A DNA stretch of 64,000 bases from Rubripirellula sp. Lineage in GTDB: Bacteria > Planctomycetota > Planctomycetia > Pirellulales > Pirellulaceae. The notes beneath the pieces are model-generated. The model worked only from the letters and a program-made list of their open reading frames with translations. It ran no database searches and was not told the DNA's origin. The DNA lies in the NCBI GenBank assembly GCA_965216875.1, contig OZ244207.1, positions 1,536,001 through 1,600,000 of the forward strand, read 5' to 3'. A program made the position numbers and the translations under genes. This document shows, piece after piece, positions 10,047 through 19,367 of this stretch. Position 1 is the stretch's first letter. The number at the start of each line of letters is the position of its first letter.

Positions 10047-10055
10047 ATTCTAGCA
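10047..10055 (-). promoter_or_regulatory. Putative extended -10 element (TGCTAGAAT) for the PQQ operon
   Basis: TGnTAnnnT match ~160 nt upstream of the 9886 start. Confidence 0.4.
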
Positions 10056-10111
10056 GATCACGATCACGAAGGACGCGTCGATGATCTGATGGGACCCTTG
10101 AACCGAGCGGG

Positions 10112-10642
10112 CTATCGTTCGCCATTCGGGTCGATTCTGAAGTCGAGTCGATCGATTTCAACGATGTCGTTGCCGTCACCTGAAAGGAGAATGTTACTTG
10201 CACCGCTGTGTTGGGATCGGAAAAGGATGTCCTGCGCGGGTCCACTCATGTCGTGGCCAGCACCGCCCTCCAGGAATCGGTTTTCACGAACCAGCAGGTC
10301 GCTACCGGCCTCGCCCAGGACGATGTCGTTGCCAGCTCCGCCAAACAGGATGCCATCGGGCTTTGCGTGCGGTCCACCACCGGGTCCAGGGGCCGTGATG
10401 ATAGTGAGCGCCGCATCGACGGATTGAGCATCAAGTGCCGTCACATTTGCACTGGATGACGAATGATTAGCAACGATTTTCTGGACCGCGGGAAGGAGCA
10501 ATTGAGCCTCGCTGGGCTCGGCGACCAATTGGGGAGCTTCGCCAATGTCGGCTGCCATCAAGCGGCGGTCTTCACAGCGTTCCAAATTCAGTTTGCGAGG
10601 TGCGGGGCGATGTGGCGCGGTTTTCTTTGTTGATCGAAACAT
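10112..10642 (-). CDS. Small secreted mosaic protein with a planctomycete LEPR-XLL-type N-terminal signal
   Basis: RKLNLERCEDRRLMAAD; internal LLLPAVQK, GGAGND/GEAGSD RTX-like nonapeptides and FRSQHSGASNILLSGDG. Confidence 0.7.
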   Translation of the reverse strand: MFRSTKKTAPHRPAPRKLNLERCEDRRLMAADIGEAPQLVAEPSEAQLLLPAVQKIVANHSSSSANVTALDAQSVDAALTIITAPGPGGGPHAKPDGILFGGAGNDIVLGEAGSDLLVRENRFLEGGAGHDMSGPAQDILFRSQHSGASNILLSGDGNDIVEIDRLDFRIDPNGER

Positions 10643-10876
10643 GGTCTTGCCTTCAGGAATTGCGTGCTTGGCGTGCCAGCCGTTTTGCTGGCCATCGAAA
10701 GCAGGTACGACGGCCAAGAGAAAACCTTTCAGAGAAATGTGAAAACTTCCGAAAGGCCGTAATTCCCGGGGCTAGAGCAATCTTTGAGGGAAACGCTGGA
10801 GAGAAAAAACGACTAGAATTGGGATCTCGTTCCCTTTCCATTCCGCGAGCGGCCGGCGATTGACCTCGAATTTGCC

Positions 10877-11467
10877 ATGACGGACCAAATGCAAACTCGG
10901 GCGTCGTTGCTACTCAAGCTACGTGATCCCGACGACGAACAAGCTTGGTCGGACTTTGTCACCCTCTACGCCCCACTGATCCACGCGTACTTACGGAAAC
11001 GGGGTGTTCAAGATGCGGATGCTGCTGACTTGACCCAGGAGGTTTTGCAAACGGTCTCGCAGCAAGCGCATGCCTTTGATTACGACAGCGCCAAAGGCAA
11101 GTTTCGGGGGTGGTTGTTCACGATCACGCTCAACAAACTTCGCGACTTTTCTCAGCGACGCAAACGCCAGGCTTCGGCTTCGGGAAAGACGGAGGTGGTT
11201 GAGTTGCTACACGACCTTCCCGAACGTGAAGCCGAAGACCTCTGGGACAAAGAGTATCAGTGGCGGCTGTTCCATTGGGCGGCTGATCGGGCTCGGCCTG
11301 ATTTTCGAGGCAACACGTGGGATGCCTTTTGGAAGACGGCGGTCGAGGATCTCCCCGTTAAAGCCGTTGCCGAGGAACTAGGGATGTCTGTTGGCGCCGT
11401 CTACATTGCCAAGAGTCGGGGGCTGTCGCGAATTCGCCAAATCATCGAGGAAGTCGCCGATGAGTGA
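10877..11467 (+). CDS. ECF sigma factor (kinase-associated planctomycete type)
   Basis: TRASLLLKLRDPDDEQAWSDFVTLY, DAADLTQEV, GKFRGWL, region 4 VAEELGMSVGAVYIAKSR. Confidence 0.92.
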   Translation: MTDQMQTRASLLLKLRDPDDEQAWSDFVTLYAPLIHAYLRKRGVQDADAADLTQEVLQTVSQQAHAFDYDSAKGKFRGWLFTITLNKLRDFSQRRKRQASASGKTEVVELLHDLPEREAEDLWDKEYQWRLFHWAADRARPDFRGNTWDAFWKTAVEDLPVKAVAEELGMSVGAVYIAKSRGLSRIRQIIEEVADE

Positions 11468-13721
11468 GGCGCAGAGCAGAAACGATTCGGGAGATGCACA
11501 AGATTGCCCAACCGAATCCGAGTTCAGCAAGCTTCTCACTGGAGACTTGTCGCCGGTCGACGAACGCAAATTCGAAGAGCACATCAGTGGCTGCGAGGCG
11601 TGTCAATCAAGGCTTGAACGCCAACTCGATTCGGTTCACACCATTCCTCCGGATGCTCAGCTTGGTTTCCAGCCTCCCAGTTCAGGCGAACTGGAAAGGG
11701 TGATGCAGGCGCTCAAAGGCGACCAGACTCGGCCCCAGTCCAAGCGAGCCTCAACCACAGAAGTCGTTGGTCGGCTGTTGACCGAATCGCCGAATCGTGA
11801 CGCCCTTGGACGGCTCGGTGATTACGACGTCCTTGAAGTGCTTGGCCAAGGTGGCATGGGAATCGTTTTCAGGGCTCAAGACTTGACGCTCGATCGGATC
11901 GTCGCGGTCAAAGCGTTATTGCCCGCCTTTGCCGCAGATTCCTCGGCGCGTGATCGTTTCGTGCGCGAGGCGAAAGCGGCGGCATCGATTCAACATCCGA
12001 ACGTGGTCACGATGTTTGCGGTGGGTGAAAGCTTGCAGACGCCGCTGTTGGCGATGGAATATGTCGAAGGCGAAACGCTTGCGGATCGAATCGAACGTGG
12101 CAGTCTTGAAAGTGAAGAACTGCTGCGAGTCTCGCTTGACCTCGCATCGGCGTTGGAGGCGGCGCATGGGCGAAACCTGATTCATCGCGACATCAAACCC
12201 TCAAACGTTTTGGTCGATTCATCAACAGGTCGGGCAAAGATCTCCGATTTCGGCTTGGTCAAAGCAGTTGATGATTCGTCGCAGTTGACCGTTAGCGGTG
12301 CGGTCATGGGCACGCCTGAGTTCATGTCGCCCGAGCAAGCCGGTGCATTGGTGCCTCTGGATGAACGCAGTGATCTTTTTAGCTTGGGCGTTCTGCTTTA
12401 TGCCGCAGCAACAGGCAGCTCGCCATTCCGTGGCGCATCCATGGTGGCCACTCTTCGGCGCGTTTGCGACCACCACCCACAACCACTCGCGTCGGTCGCG
12501 CCGAACCTGCCCGGTTGGTATTGCCAATTGGTTGATCGCCTGTTGCAGAAGTCTCCGAGCGATCGAATTCAAAGTGCACAAGAGCTTTCCGAGGCACTCA
12601 ATCGCCGATCGCTCTCCGAATCCGCGGAGGTCAAACAGACGATGGGGCGGCGCGCTGCCATCGCAGGCGCCATGGCGACGGCCGCTTTGGGTATGGGCTA
12701 TCTGCTAACAAGACCCGGTAAGGAGGAGGCGACCGATGAGCTTCCCGAAGGGTTTTATACCGCTGGAAATCGGCGGCATGACGACCTCGTTGCTGCGATC
12801 GAATCAGCCGAGGATGGAGACACGATCGTCGTTCGCAGTAACGATGAGCACGCGTTCGAAAGTGTGCGATTGGAAACCAAAAGGCTGACGATTCAGGCCG
12901 GCAAAGGGTACATGCCCGTCTTTGTAGGAGGCGACGATCATGGCCAGCCCGCGTTTCACACCGATTCGGATTTGAAGGTCGAAGGTTGCGTTTTCAAGTG
13001 GTCAGTCTCCGATTCGGACGGGATTGGTCTCGAACGCGCGGTCATCGTCGGCGACGGTGGATCGCTCACGATTCGCAATTGCGAGTTCGAGATTGCTGGG
13101 CGGTTTAGCGCCGTCGCTTCACGCGGCGAAGCGTCGATCGAGAACTGTGTTTTCCGCGCGCCCGAGGGAGCAGCCGTCACGCTGTTTACTTCCGACGCCG
13201 GAAGACTGAACGTCGACAACACTCGATTCGATGGACGCGTCGCGTTGGTTCTGTTTGCGGAACAAGCCGAGCGTCCGACGACCGCAAAACTGACCGGGTG
13301 TTTGTTTCAAACTGCCAGCGCGATGGAAATCCGGCAATGGCCCACGGAAGGACATTGCCTGGACATCGACGCGTCATCGTGCACATTCGCCGTATCGTCG
13401 CATGTGCTTGGCGACGAAAATTTGTTTGGGTTCGCCGATCGCGGCGATGTGATGAAGCGACTTGCCCAGCACTTCAGTTGGGTCACGGACCGAGCGAACC
13501 GTTACGTCGGAATCAACCATTTCGTTCTGTTGAAACGACGCCGCGGTCGTTTCTCGTTCTCCATCGACGCCGTCAACGACTGGAATGATCTTTGGCAGAT
13601 CGACAATGAAGCAATGCTGATGCCGAGGGATGAAGCGGTGTTGGCCGTGGAGGACCCACAATGCCTTGGCCCTGGGGCCCGCTTTGATACTTGGCGGTCA
13701 CAGTCCACGGCTAGACCTTAG
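11460..13721 (+). CDS. Hanks-type Ser/Thr kinase with N-terminal zf-HC2, TM helix and extracellular beta-helix-like domain
   Basis: HISGCEAC; LGQGGMGIVF, VAVK, HRDIKPSN, DFGL, GTPEFMSPEQ; 8-nt overlap with the ECF gene. Confidence 0.92.
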   Translation: MSEAQSRNDSGDAQDCPTESEFSKLLTGDLSPVDERKFEEHISGCEACQSRLERQLDSVHTIPPDAQLGFQPPSSGELERVMQALKGDQTRPQSKRASTTEVVGRLLTESPNRDALGRLGDYDVLEVLGQGGMGIVFRAQDLTLDRIVAVKALLPAFAADSSARDRFVREAKAAASIQHPNVVTMFAVGESLQTPLLAMEYVEGETLADRIERGSLESEELLRVSLDLASALEAAHGRNLIHRDIKPSNVLVDSSTGRAKISDFGLVKAVDDSSQLTVSGAVMGTPEFMSPEQAGALVPLDERSDLFSLGVLLYAAATGSSPFRGASMVATLRRVCDHHPQPLASVAPNLPGWYCQLVDRLLQKSPSDRIQSAQELSEALNRRSLSESAEVKQTMGRRAAIAGAMATAALGMGYLLTRPGKEEATDELPEGFYTAGNRRHDDLVAAIESAEDGDTIVVRSNDEHAFESVRLETKRLTIQAGKGYMPVFVGGDDHGQPAFHTDSDLKVEGCVFKWSVSDSDGIGLERAVIVGDGGSLTIRNCEFEIAGRFSAVASRGEASIENCVFRAPEGAAVTLFTSDAGRLNVDNTRFDGRVALVLFAEQAERPTTAKLTGCLFQTASAMEIRQWPTEGHCLDIDASSCTFAVSSHVLGDENLFGFADRGDVMKRLAQHFSWVTDRANRYVGINHFVLLKRRRGRFSFSIDAVNDWNDLWQIDNEAMLMPRDEAVLAVEDPQCLGPGARFDTWRSQSTARP

Positions 13722-13931
13722 CAAACAACTGGCTTTTCTGTCGCTGCGTAATCTGCGCCACGCAGTGACGGCGGCTTGTTTGCATTTCTACATGTGGCCT
13801 TCACACTCCCGGCTGCGCTTTCTGATAGATTTCAATGAGTGAATGCAGGAACCGGTGGCGGCTGATACCGCGTCGGCTCGTCGACGCTCCTGCTGCTGAT
13901 TGATCTGTTTCAGAGCGAAAGGAGCTCTTCA

Positions 13932-14294
13932 ATGTCGGTAGAAATCGTCGAAGATGTTGCCGGAAAGCTGCTCACCATTCAAGTCAGTGGCAAGCTATCA
14001 GCGGAGGACTACGAAACGCTGGAGCCCCGTGTTGACGCCATGATGGAGTCTTGTGGGCGAATCAACATCCTGTTCTTGATGCACGATTTTCACGGATGGG
14101 AACTCGGTGCGGTTTGGGAAGACATCAAGTTTGCGACCAAGCATTGCAGCGATATCAACAAGGTCGCGATGGTTGGCGAAAAGTCCTGGGAAAAGTGGAT
14201 GGCTACCATCTGCAAGCCATTCACCAAATCGTCGATCAAATATTTCGACGCTGATGACAGCGATGCGGCACGCGAATGGGTAAACTCGGAATGA
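13932..14294 (+). CDS. STAS/SEC14 (SpoIIAA-like) domain protein
   Basis: VSGKLSAEDY, DFHGWELGAVWEDIKF, KVAMVGEKSW; AAGGAG RBS. Confidence 0.85.
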   Translation: MSVEIVEDVAGKLLTIQVSGKLSAEDYETLEPRVDAMMESCGRINILFLMHDFHGWELGAVWEDIKFATKHCSDINKVAMVGEKSWEKWMATICKPFTKSSIKYFDADDSDAAREWVNSE

Positions 14295-14333
14295 CGCTCC
14301 ATCACCGGTCCATTAGATAAGAAGGGTCTTGGC

Positions 14334-15563
14334 ATGTCGAAACTCTCTCGCCGATCGCTCCTCGCCGCCGCTGCTGCAACCACCGCCGCAAGTTCCTCCA
14401 AACTGGGGTTGGCTCAAGAACGCAAAGTCATCCAAGGATTCGATCAAACGGCGACCGAGATTGACGCGACGCAAACGTGGCAGCCGTTTAGTGATCGCAA
14501 AGTGCGTGTGGGGATCGTCGGTCACGGTGTTTGCAAGTTTGGCTTGAAGTTCGACTTGCAACAGCACCCGAATGTTGAACTGGTTGCTGTCAGCGATTTG
14601 TTTCCTGATCGGTGTGCTGAGATGGCGCGACTGGCAAACTGTGACAAGACGTATCCATCGCTCGAAGAAATGGTCAAGGACGACACAATCGAAGCGATTT
14701 TCTGCGCGACCGATGCACCGTCTCACGCGAAACACGCCATCCTGTGTATGGAACACGGCAAGCATGTCGCAACGGCTGTTCCCGCGTTCTATGGCGACAT
14801 CGATGATGCGGAACGGCTGCTGGCGTGTTGCAAGAAGAACAAAGGGCTTGTCTATGCAATGTTCGAAACGTCCTGTTTCCGCGACGATCTATATGCGATG
14901 GAAAAACTCTACGCGGCCAACGTCTTTGGCCGAATCGTTTATTCCGAAGGCGAGTACTGTCACCCACATGTGCTTGGGACGCCCCCGCTTGGGTCGCACA
15001 AAGACTGGCGCGCAAACGGTTGCCCGATGTGGTACCCGACCCATGCTACCGCCTATTACGTGGGTGTCACCCACCAACCGCTGCTCGACGTGACCTGCCG
15101 GGGAACGGCTCCGTTTGAGAAAGAGCTGCGCGTGCCCAACGAGAATGGAAACACGTTCAATTCGGAAGTCGGGCTTTTCCGCACGGCCGAGGGCGGCATG
15201 TCGCGAATGATCGTCTGTCATTCGCAGGGCGAGTTTCTTGAAGCCGGACGAGTACGTGGCGAGCACGCTGGGTATGACAAGTCGTTTGTCGCCAAGCAAG
15301 TCGGCAAGCAACGTTATCGCGACGCAGTCGATGGTGGGCTGCGGCTAAAGAAATACGCGTTGCCACCAGGAGTCCGGCCGGGAGGTCACGGCGGTTCACA
15401 CGGTTATCTGGCGGAAGACTTCATCGATTCGATCTTGCGAAGCCGCAAACCTCGAGTCGACATTATCGATGCGCTCAACATGACCGTCCCCGGCTACTAC
15501 GCCCATCTGTCATCGATCAAGGACGGAGAAACGATGACCATCCCGCAGTATTCGATTGCATGA
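14334..15563 (+). CDS. Tat-exported Gfo/Idh/MocA family oxidoreductase
   Basis: SRRSLL Tat motif; VRVGIVGHG Rossmann motif; GKHVATAVP; GGHGGSH. Confidence 0.88.
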   Translation: MSKLSRRSLLAAAAATTAASSSKLGLAQERKVIQGFDQTATEIDATQTWQPFSDRKVRVGIVGHGVCKFGLKFDLQQHPNVELVAVSDLFPDRCAEMARLANCDKTYPSLEEMVKDDTIEAIFCATDAPSHAKHAILCMEHGKHVATAVPAFYGDIDDAERLLACCKKNKGLVYAMFETSCFRDDLYAMEKLYAANVFGRIVYSEGEYCHPHVLGTPPLGSHKDWRANGCPMWYPTHATAYYVGVTHQPLLDVTCRGTAPFEKELRVPNENGNTFNSEVGLFRTAEGGMSRMIVCHSQGEFLEAGRVRGEHAGYDKSFVAKQVGKQRYRDAVDGGLRLKKYALPPGVRPGGHGGSHGYLAEDFIDSILRSRKPRVDIIDALNMTVPGYYAHLSSIKDGETMTIPQYSIA

Positions 15564-15598
15564 TGCGTTTCACCCGAAAGTGGGAGGATTTCCAAACG

Positions 15599-16723
15599 TT
15601 ATCGGCGGCGGCGCTGAGCGGGTGGTTGCTGGGCGGGGATGAACCGGAACTGGCCGTTCTTTGACGCGGCGATGTTCTGCATCAAACTCTTGGAGCTGTT
15701 GCTCTCAAGGGCGATTGTGTTGACAACAATTTCGGGCGCATAGGTGTCGAGAGCCTGTTTGGGAAACACCGTTCGCGGATTCATCGGACGCAACGCACTC
15801 GGTCGTGCGGACCCAAAGCCGGTCAAGAAGTCGCCGAACGGATCGATCGCGCCCTCGTAAACGAATTCGCCGTCAGACAAGAAGAAGACGGCATCGGGCT
15901 TCAGGGCTCCGGCGATCATCAATGCGTTGCCTGGCATCGTGCCGCCTTGCGGACGTACGACGCGAATCCAGTTTGCGACACGACGCTTGTTTTCCGCCGT
16001 CGCCGGAATCAAACGGGGCGAGTCGTTTGCTCCAAACATCTTGATTGTGTAGCTGCTGTACAGCACCACGTAAAACGAGTGATCCTCGGTCAACTGCTGG
16101 ATCGCTCGGATTGCTTCTTCGCGAGCACGTCGCAACCTTCTTCCGCTTCCAGCCGCCATGCTGCCTGACACGTCCAGTACGAACACAAAGCGATTGCCGT
16201 AGCCATGTGTTCCAAAGAAGGAAATGTCAGGCTTGTTCTCTGCGTTCGGGTCACCTTTTGCGCCGCCTTGGGCACCACCTGCTTCGCCGGAGGGTGGGCC
16301 GTCAATGGACAGCAATTCCGGTGTCTCAACGGCATCCAGATCGAGCGATTCCATCGCCAGGAGGTCAAGCTCTGCTGCTTGATCAAATTCGGATTCGGCT
16401 GCGTCGGGTTCGAGCAAGGAAAAATCGAACGCATCGAATTCGCTCGCTGGTTCGTCCGACGATGGAGCCGCGGAGAGTTCAATCAGCTGACGCTTGTGCG
16501 GTTGGTACATCAAAAGCGCGAGAATGACCAGCAACAACAAGTGCACGGTGAGTGACGCCAAGAAGCCAACGGTGGGCCGAAACCATCCTTCGTTGGCATC
16601 GTCGTGCGATCGACTCTTCCGATCGTCGCGCACATTGACCCCCAATTCGTTCGCTTGGGGAGCAACGGGTGGCGCAGACAACGTGGGCGTTGGGTGCGTC
16701 TCGATTGGAGGCGGAACGATCAA
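15599..16723 (-). CDS. Membrane-anchored vWA domain protein
   Basis: N-terminal TM (SLTVHLLLLVILAL); MIDAS motif VLDVSGSM, GGT, FFLSDGEF; start uncertain. Confidence 0.85.
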   Translation of the reverse strand: MIVPPPIETHPTPTLSAPPVAPQANELGVNVRDDRKSRSHDDANEGWFRPTVGFLASLTVHLLLLVILALLMYQPHKRQLIELSAAPSSDEPASEFDAFDFSLLEPDAAESEFDQAAELDLLAMESLDLDAVETPELLSIDGPPSGEAGGAQGGAKGDPNAENKPDISFFGTHGYGNRFVFVLDVSGSMAAGSGRRLRRAREEAIRAIQQLTEDHSFYVVLYSSYTIKMFGANDSPRLIPATAENKRRVANWIRVVRPQGGTMPGNALMIAGALKPDAVFFLSDGEFVYEGAIDPFGDFLTGFGSARPSALRPMNPRTVFPKQALDTYAPEIVVNTIALESNSSKSLMQNIAASKNGQFRFIPAQQPPAQRRRR

Positions 16724-16878
16724 GTGGCACTCGGGGAAAAGATGGGCGACACCACAGCCTGATCGTGCTGGCGATAAGTCCCTTGAGCCAACACAGCTCT
16801 TTCAGGGTATCACCTCGATGCCCAATGGACAAATCAAATCGGGGTGCCGCGTTCGTTGGGCCATGGTCTTGATCGGGG

Positions 16879-17044
16879 TGGGCAGTGCCCGTGAGCCGCT
16901 GGCCGTCAGGCCTCGGGCCCTTGCCACCGCGCAGCGAGTGTGAAGTCGATCAAGGCCCGGCCGCTTACGCGATCGCGGCTCCGTTGTGTGAACTTGGGCA
17001 AGGATTTCCGTTGTTGGAAGCGTAGTTGCAATCCGCAGCACTAG
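16879..17044. repeat. Repeat family B: ~109-bp double-hairpin module (16879-16987) plus 19-bp CTAG-ended motif (17026-17044)
   Basis: Module recurs inverted at 19206-19314; TTGCAATCCGCAG(C/T)ACTAG recurs at 19349-19367. Confidence 0.85.
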
Positions 17045-17805
17045 TTTAAGTCCAACAGCGCCGTCGCGACGAGGAAACGGTCACAACCGACTTGGCGGAG
17101 ACGACGAATGTCTTCGGTGTCGCGTATGCCGCCGCCTGAATAGATCGTCATCTCAGGTGCAAATTGACGGTAGCGACGACAGAGTTCAATTGTCGAAGCC
17201 CCTCGGCCAGTCCCAACTGAGGCGATGTCCAGGACAATTGCCCCGGACACCCGGGCTTCTGCAATTGCCGCAAACCAGTCGGCTTCGGCGGCATCGAGTT
17301 GCTGAAGCAACACGCCGTCTCGGTAGTCCAGACTCGCGACGGTGTTCTCGGCCCCAACACATTGGGCCAAGCGACTTGGGGCGTCCAAGACGACAGCCGA
17401 TTCCGATGCAGCGACGAATCGAGCCTGAGGGAACTGTCTTGAGATCGATTCGAGGGTGTCGCGGTTGGTTGCCGCTTCGTCGCCGCGCCAGCCGATGTCC
17501 AAGATCACCTGAGCTCCGCCAAAACCCGATGTGATTTCACAAATCAGATCGCGCTGCAGCGGCTTTCCACGGATGGCATCGAGGTCGGCGAGGTAGAGAG
17601 AAGTCAGCCCAAGGTCACGATAGTAGCGAGCTAGCTTGGGTGCATCGCCGATGTTTCGAATGTCATCGACTGGAAACTCGATGGGTTGATACTGATCGCG
17701 GTTTCCCGCAACCGCGTGAACGGCAAAACCGTTTTTTAGGTCAATCACACCGACAAGAGAATCGATGTGGTCAGGTTCGAGCAGTCGCGATCTTGGGCGA
17801 CTCAA
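17041..17805 (-). CDS. HisA/HisF-related TIM barrel protein (orf17-like, H4MPT/methanofuran C1 pathway-associated)
   Basis: VIDLKNGFAVHAVAGNRDQYQP, LYLADLDAI, LDIASVGTGRG, GGGIR, LVATAL. Confidence 0.8.
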   Translation of the reverse strand: MSRPRSRLLEPDHIDSLVGVIDLKNGFAVHAVAGNRDQYQPIEFPVDDIRNIGDAPKLARYYRDLGLTSLYLADLDAIRGKPLQRDLICEITSGFGGAQVILDIGWRGDEAATNRDTLESISRQFPQARFVAASESAVVLDAPSRLAQCVGAENTVASLDYRDGVLLQQLDAAEADWFAAIAEARVSGAIVLDIASVGTGRGASTIELCRRYRQFAPEMTIYSGGGIRDTEDIRRLRQVGCDRFLVATALLDLN

Positions 17806-18374
17806 TCGTCGTCGCCTGATCCGGGAAGCGAAAAGAGCGACTCGACTTTGACGATCGCGTAGTCGTCTGGGAACGTGTGGATGGCTTGGATCAGCATCGA
17901 CTTTTGGCGTGTCTCGACGTTGACATAGCTCATCGCACCGAGCGCCATTCGGCCGCTCGCATCGAAGGTGTGCAATAGGCCTTCCATGGGCCCCGTGCCG
18001 AGTTGCTGTTGGACCATCCAGAACATTTTGGGTTCAACAGGTTCAAGCTGAAAACTTGTGCGGTACTCGATACCGCCGTGACAGCTCGCTCGCTCGGTGC
18101 GGCTTCCCTTGAGTGGCTGGGAAATCAAGCAGCGGCGTTTGGGGAGCGGCTGGTGGGCACTGGTGGCAACTTCACAGAGAGTTACCCCCCCTGCTTTCCA
18201 AGTGATCACATGCCCACAATTGGTGATGTCGATTTGTGCTTCGTAGGTACCACGTTTGATCTGTCGGCTCTTGTGCAACCGGTAAAGCTCCGGATGCAGC
18301 GAGCGACTAAAAACGTGAAACGCCAATTCGGCGACTTTGGGGCGAACCGAAAGCACAGGGCGAGGTCCAATCAC
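17802..18374 (-). CDS. DUF2617-like protein
   Basis: LSVRPKVAELAFHVFSRSLHPEL...HTFPDDYAIVKVESLF; stop overlaps the start of the HisA-like gene; start may be GTG 18356. Confidence 0.65.
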   Translation of the reverse strand: MIGPRPVLSVRPKVAELAFHVFSRSLHPELYRLHKSRQIKRGTYEAQIDITNCGHVITWKAGGVTLCEVATSAHQPLPKRRCLISQPLKGSRTERASCHGGIEYRTSFQLEPVEPKMFWMVQQQLGTGPMEGLLHTFDASGRMALGAMSYVNVETRQKSMLIQAIHTFPDDYAIVKVESLFSLPGSGDDD

Positions 18375-18587
18375 GAACGTGTATCTATGATCCGAACGTC
18401 GTTCGGGTATTGTTTGCTGGTAAATCGAGGCCGCACAACGCGAGCCAAGATGCAGTCAGCTGTGTCAGGCCCATTATACGCAACGCCTCGAAACTGGCTA
18501 AAGACCGTTTACGGTAAGAGGCAAGAAGAATATCTTTTTTGGCTCACCCACAAAATTCCCATTGACATTGGCTGACGAGATTGCCCC

Positions 18588-19166
18588 ATGGTCGTCGTGA
18601 TCGACAACTACGACTCGTTTACATACAACTTGGTCCAACGGCTCGGCGAAATTGATGCGTCGCAAGACATTCGTGTCTTTCGCAATGACGAATTGTCGGT
18701 TGCGCAACTTGCCGAACTTTCGCCATCACGTGTGCTTGTTTCACCAGGCCCTTGCACGCCAAACGAAGCTGGAATCAGCGTCGAGTGCGTGAAACATTTC
18801 GCAGGAAAGGTTCCGCTGCTCGGAGTTTGCCTTGGTCATCAGTCGATCGGGCAGGCGTTTGGTGGCAACATCATTCGCGCTCCCGAGCTGATGCATGGCA
18901 AGACCGACGAGATCGTGCATGACGACAGCGGATTGTTCGCCGGCATCACGTCCCCGTTCGTCGCAACGCGCTATCACAGTCTCGTGATCGAACCGGAATC
19001 GCTTCCCTCTGAACTGAGCGTGTCGGCTTGGACAGACACGGGTGGAACGCGTCAGATCATGGGGGTCAGGCACAACGAGTACAAACTCGAAGGTTGGCAG
19101 TTCCACCCCGAGAGTTTTTTGACCGAACCGGGCATTGAGCTGCTGACGCGATTCCTTCAGTGGTGA
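18588..19166 (+). CDS. pabA: Aminodeoxychorismate/anthranilate synthase component II (class I glutamine amidotransferase, PabA/TrpG)
   Basis: IDNYDSFTYNLVQ, SPGPCTP, GVCLGHQ, RYHSL, QFHPES; pabA versus trpG cannot be resolved from motifs. Confidence 0.9.
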   Translation: MVVVIDNYDSFTYNLVQRLGEIDASQDIRVFRNDELSVAQLAELSPSRVLVSPGPCTPNEAGISVECVKHFAGKVPLLGVCLGHQSIGQAFGGNIIRAPELMHGKTDEIVHDDSGLFAGITSPFVATRYHSLVIEPESLPSELSVSAWTDTGGTRQIMGVRHNEYKLEGWQFHPESFLTEPGIELLTRFLQW

Positions 19167-19205
19167 AAGAAAAACGCGCGCGATAGCGCCACGGCTCGTG
19201 ACGCA

Positions 19206-19367
19206 ACAACTGAGCCGCGATCGCGTAAGCGGCCGGGCCTTAGTCGCCTTCGCCCTAGCTGCGCGTCGGCAAATGCCCGAGGCCTGACGGCCAGCGGCTC
19301 ACGGGCACTGCCCAAACTGCGCAAGAAGTTGCTCTGGTGGCACCAAGATTGCAATCCGCAGTACTAG
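19206..19367. repeat. Repeat family B, second copy (module inverted relative to the CTAG motif)
   Basis: Near reverse complement of 16879-16987, followed by TTGCAATCCGCAGTACTAG. Confidence 0.85.
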
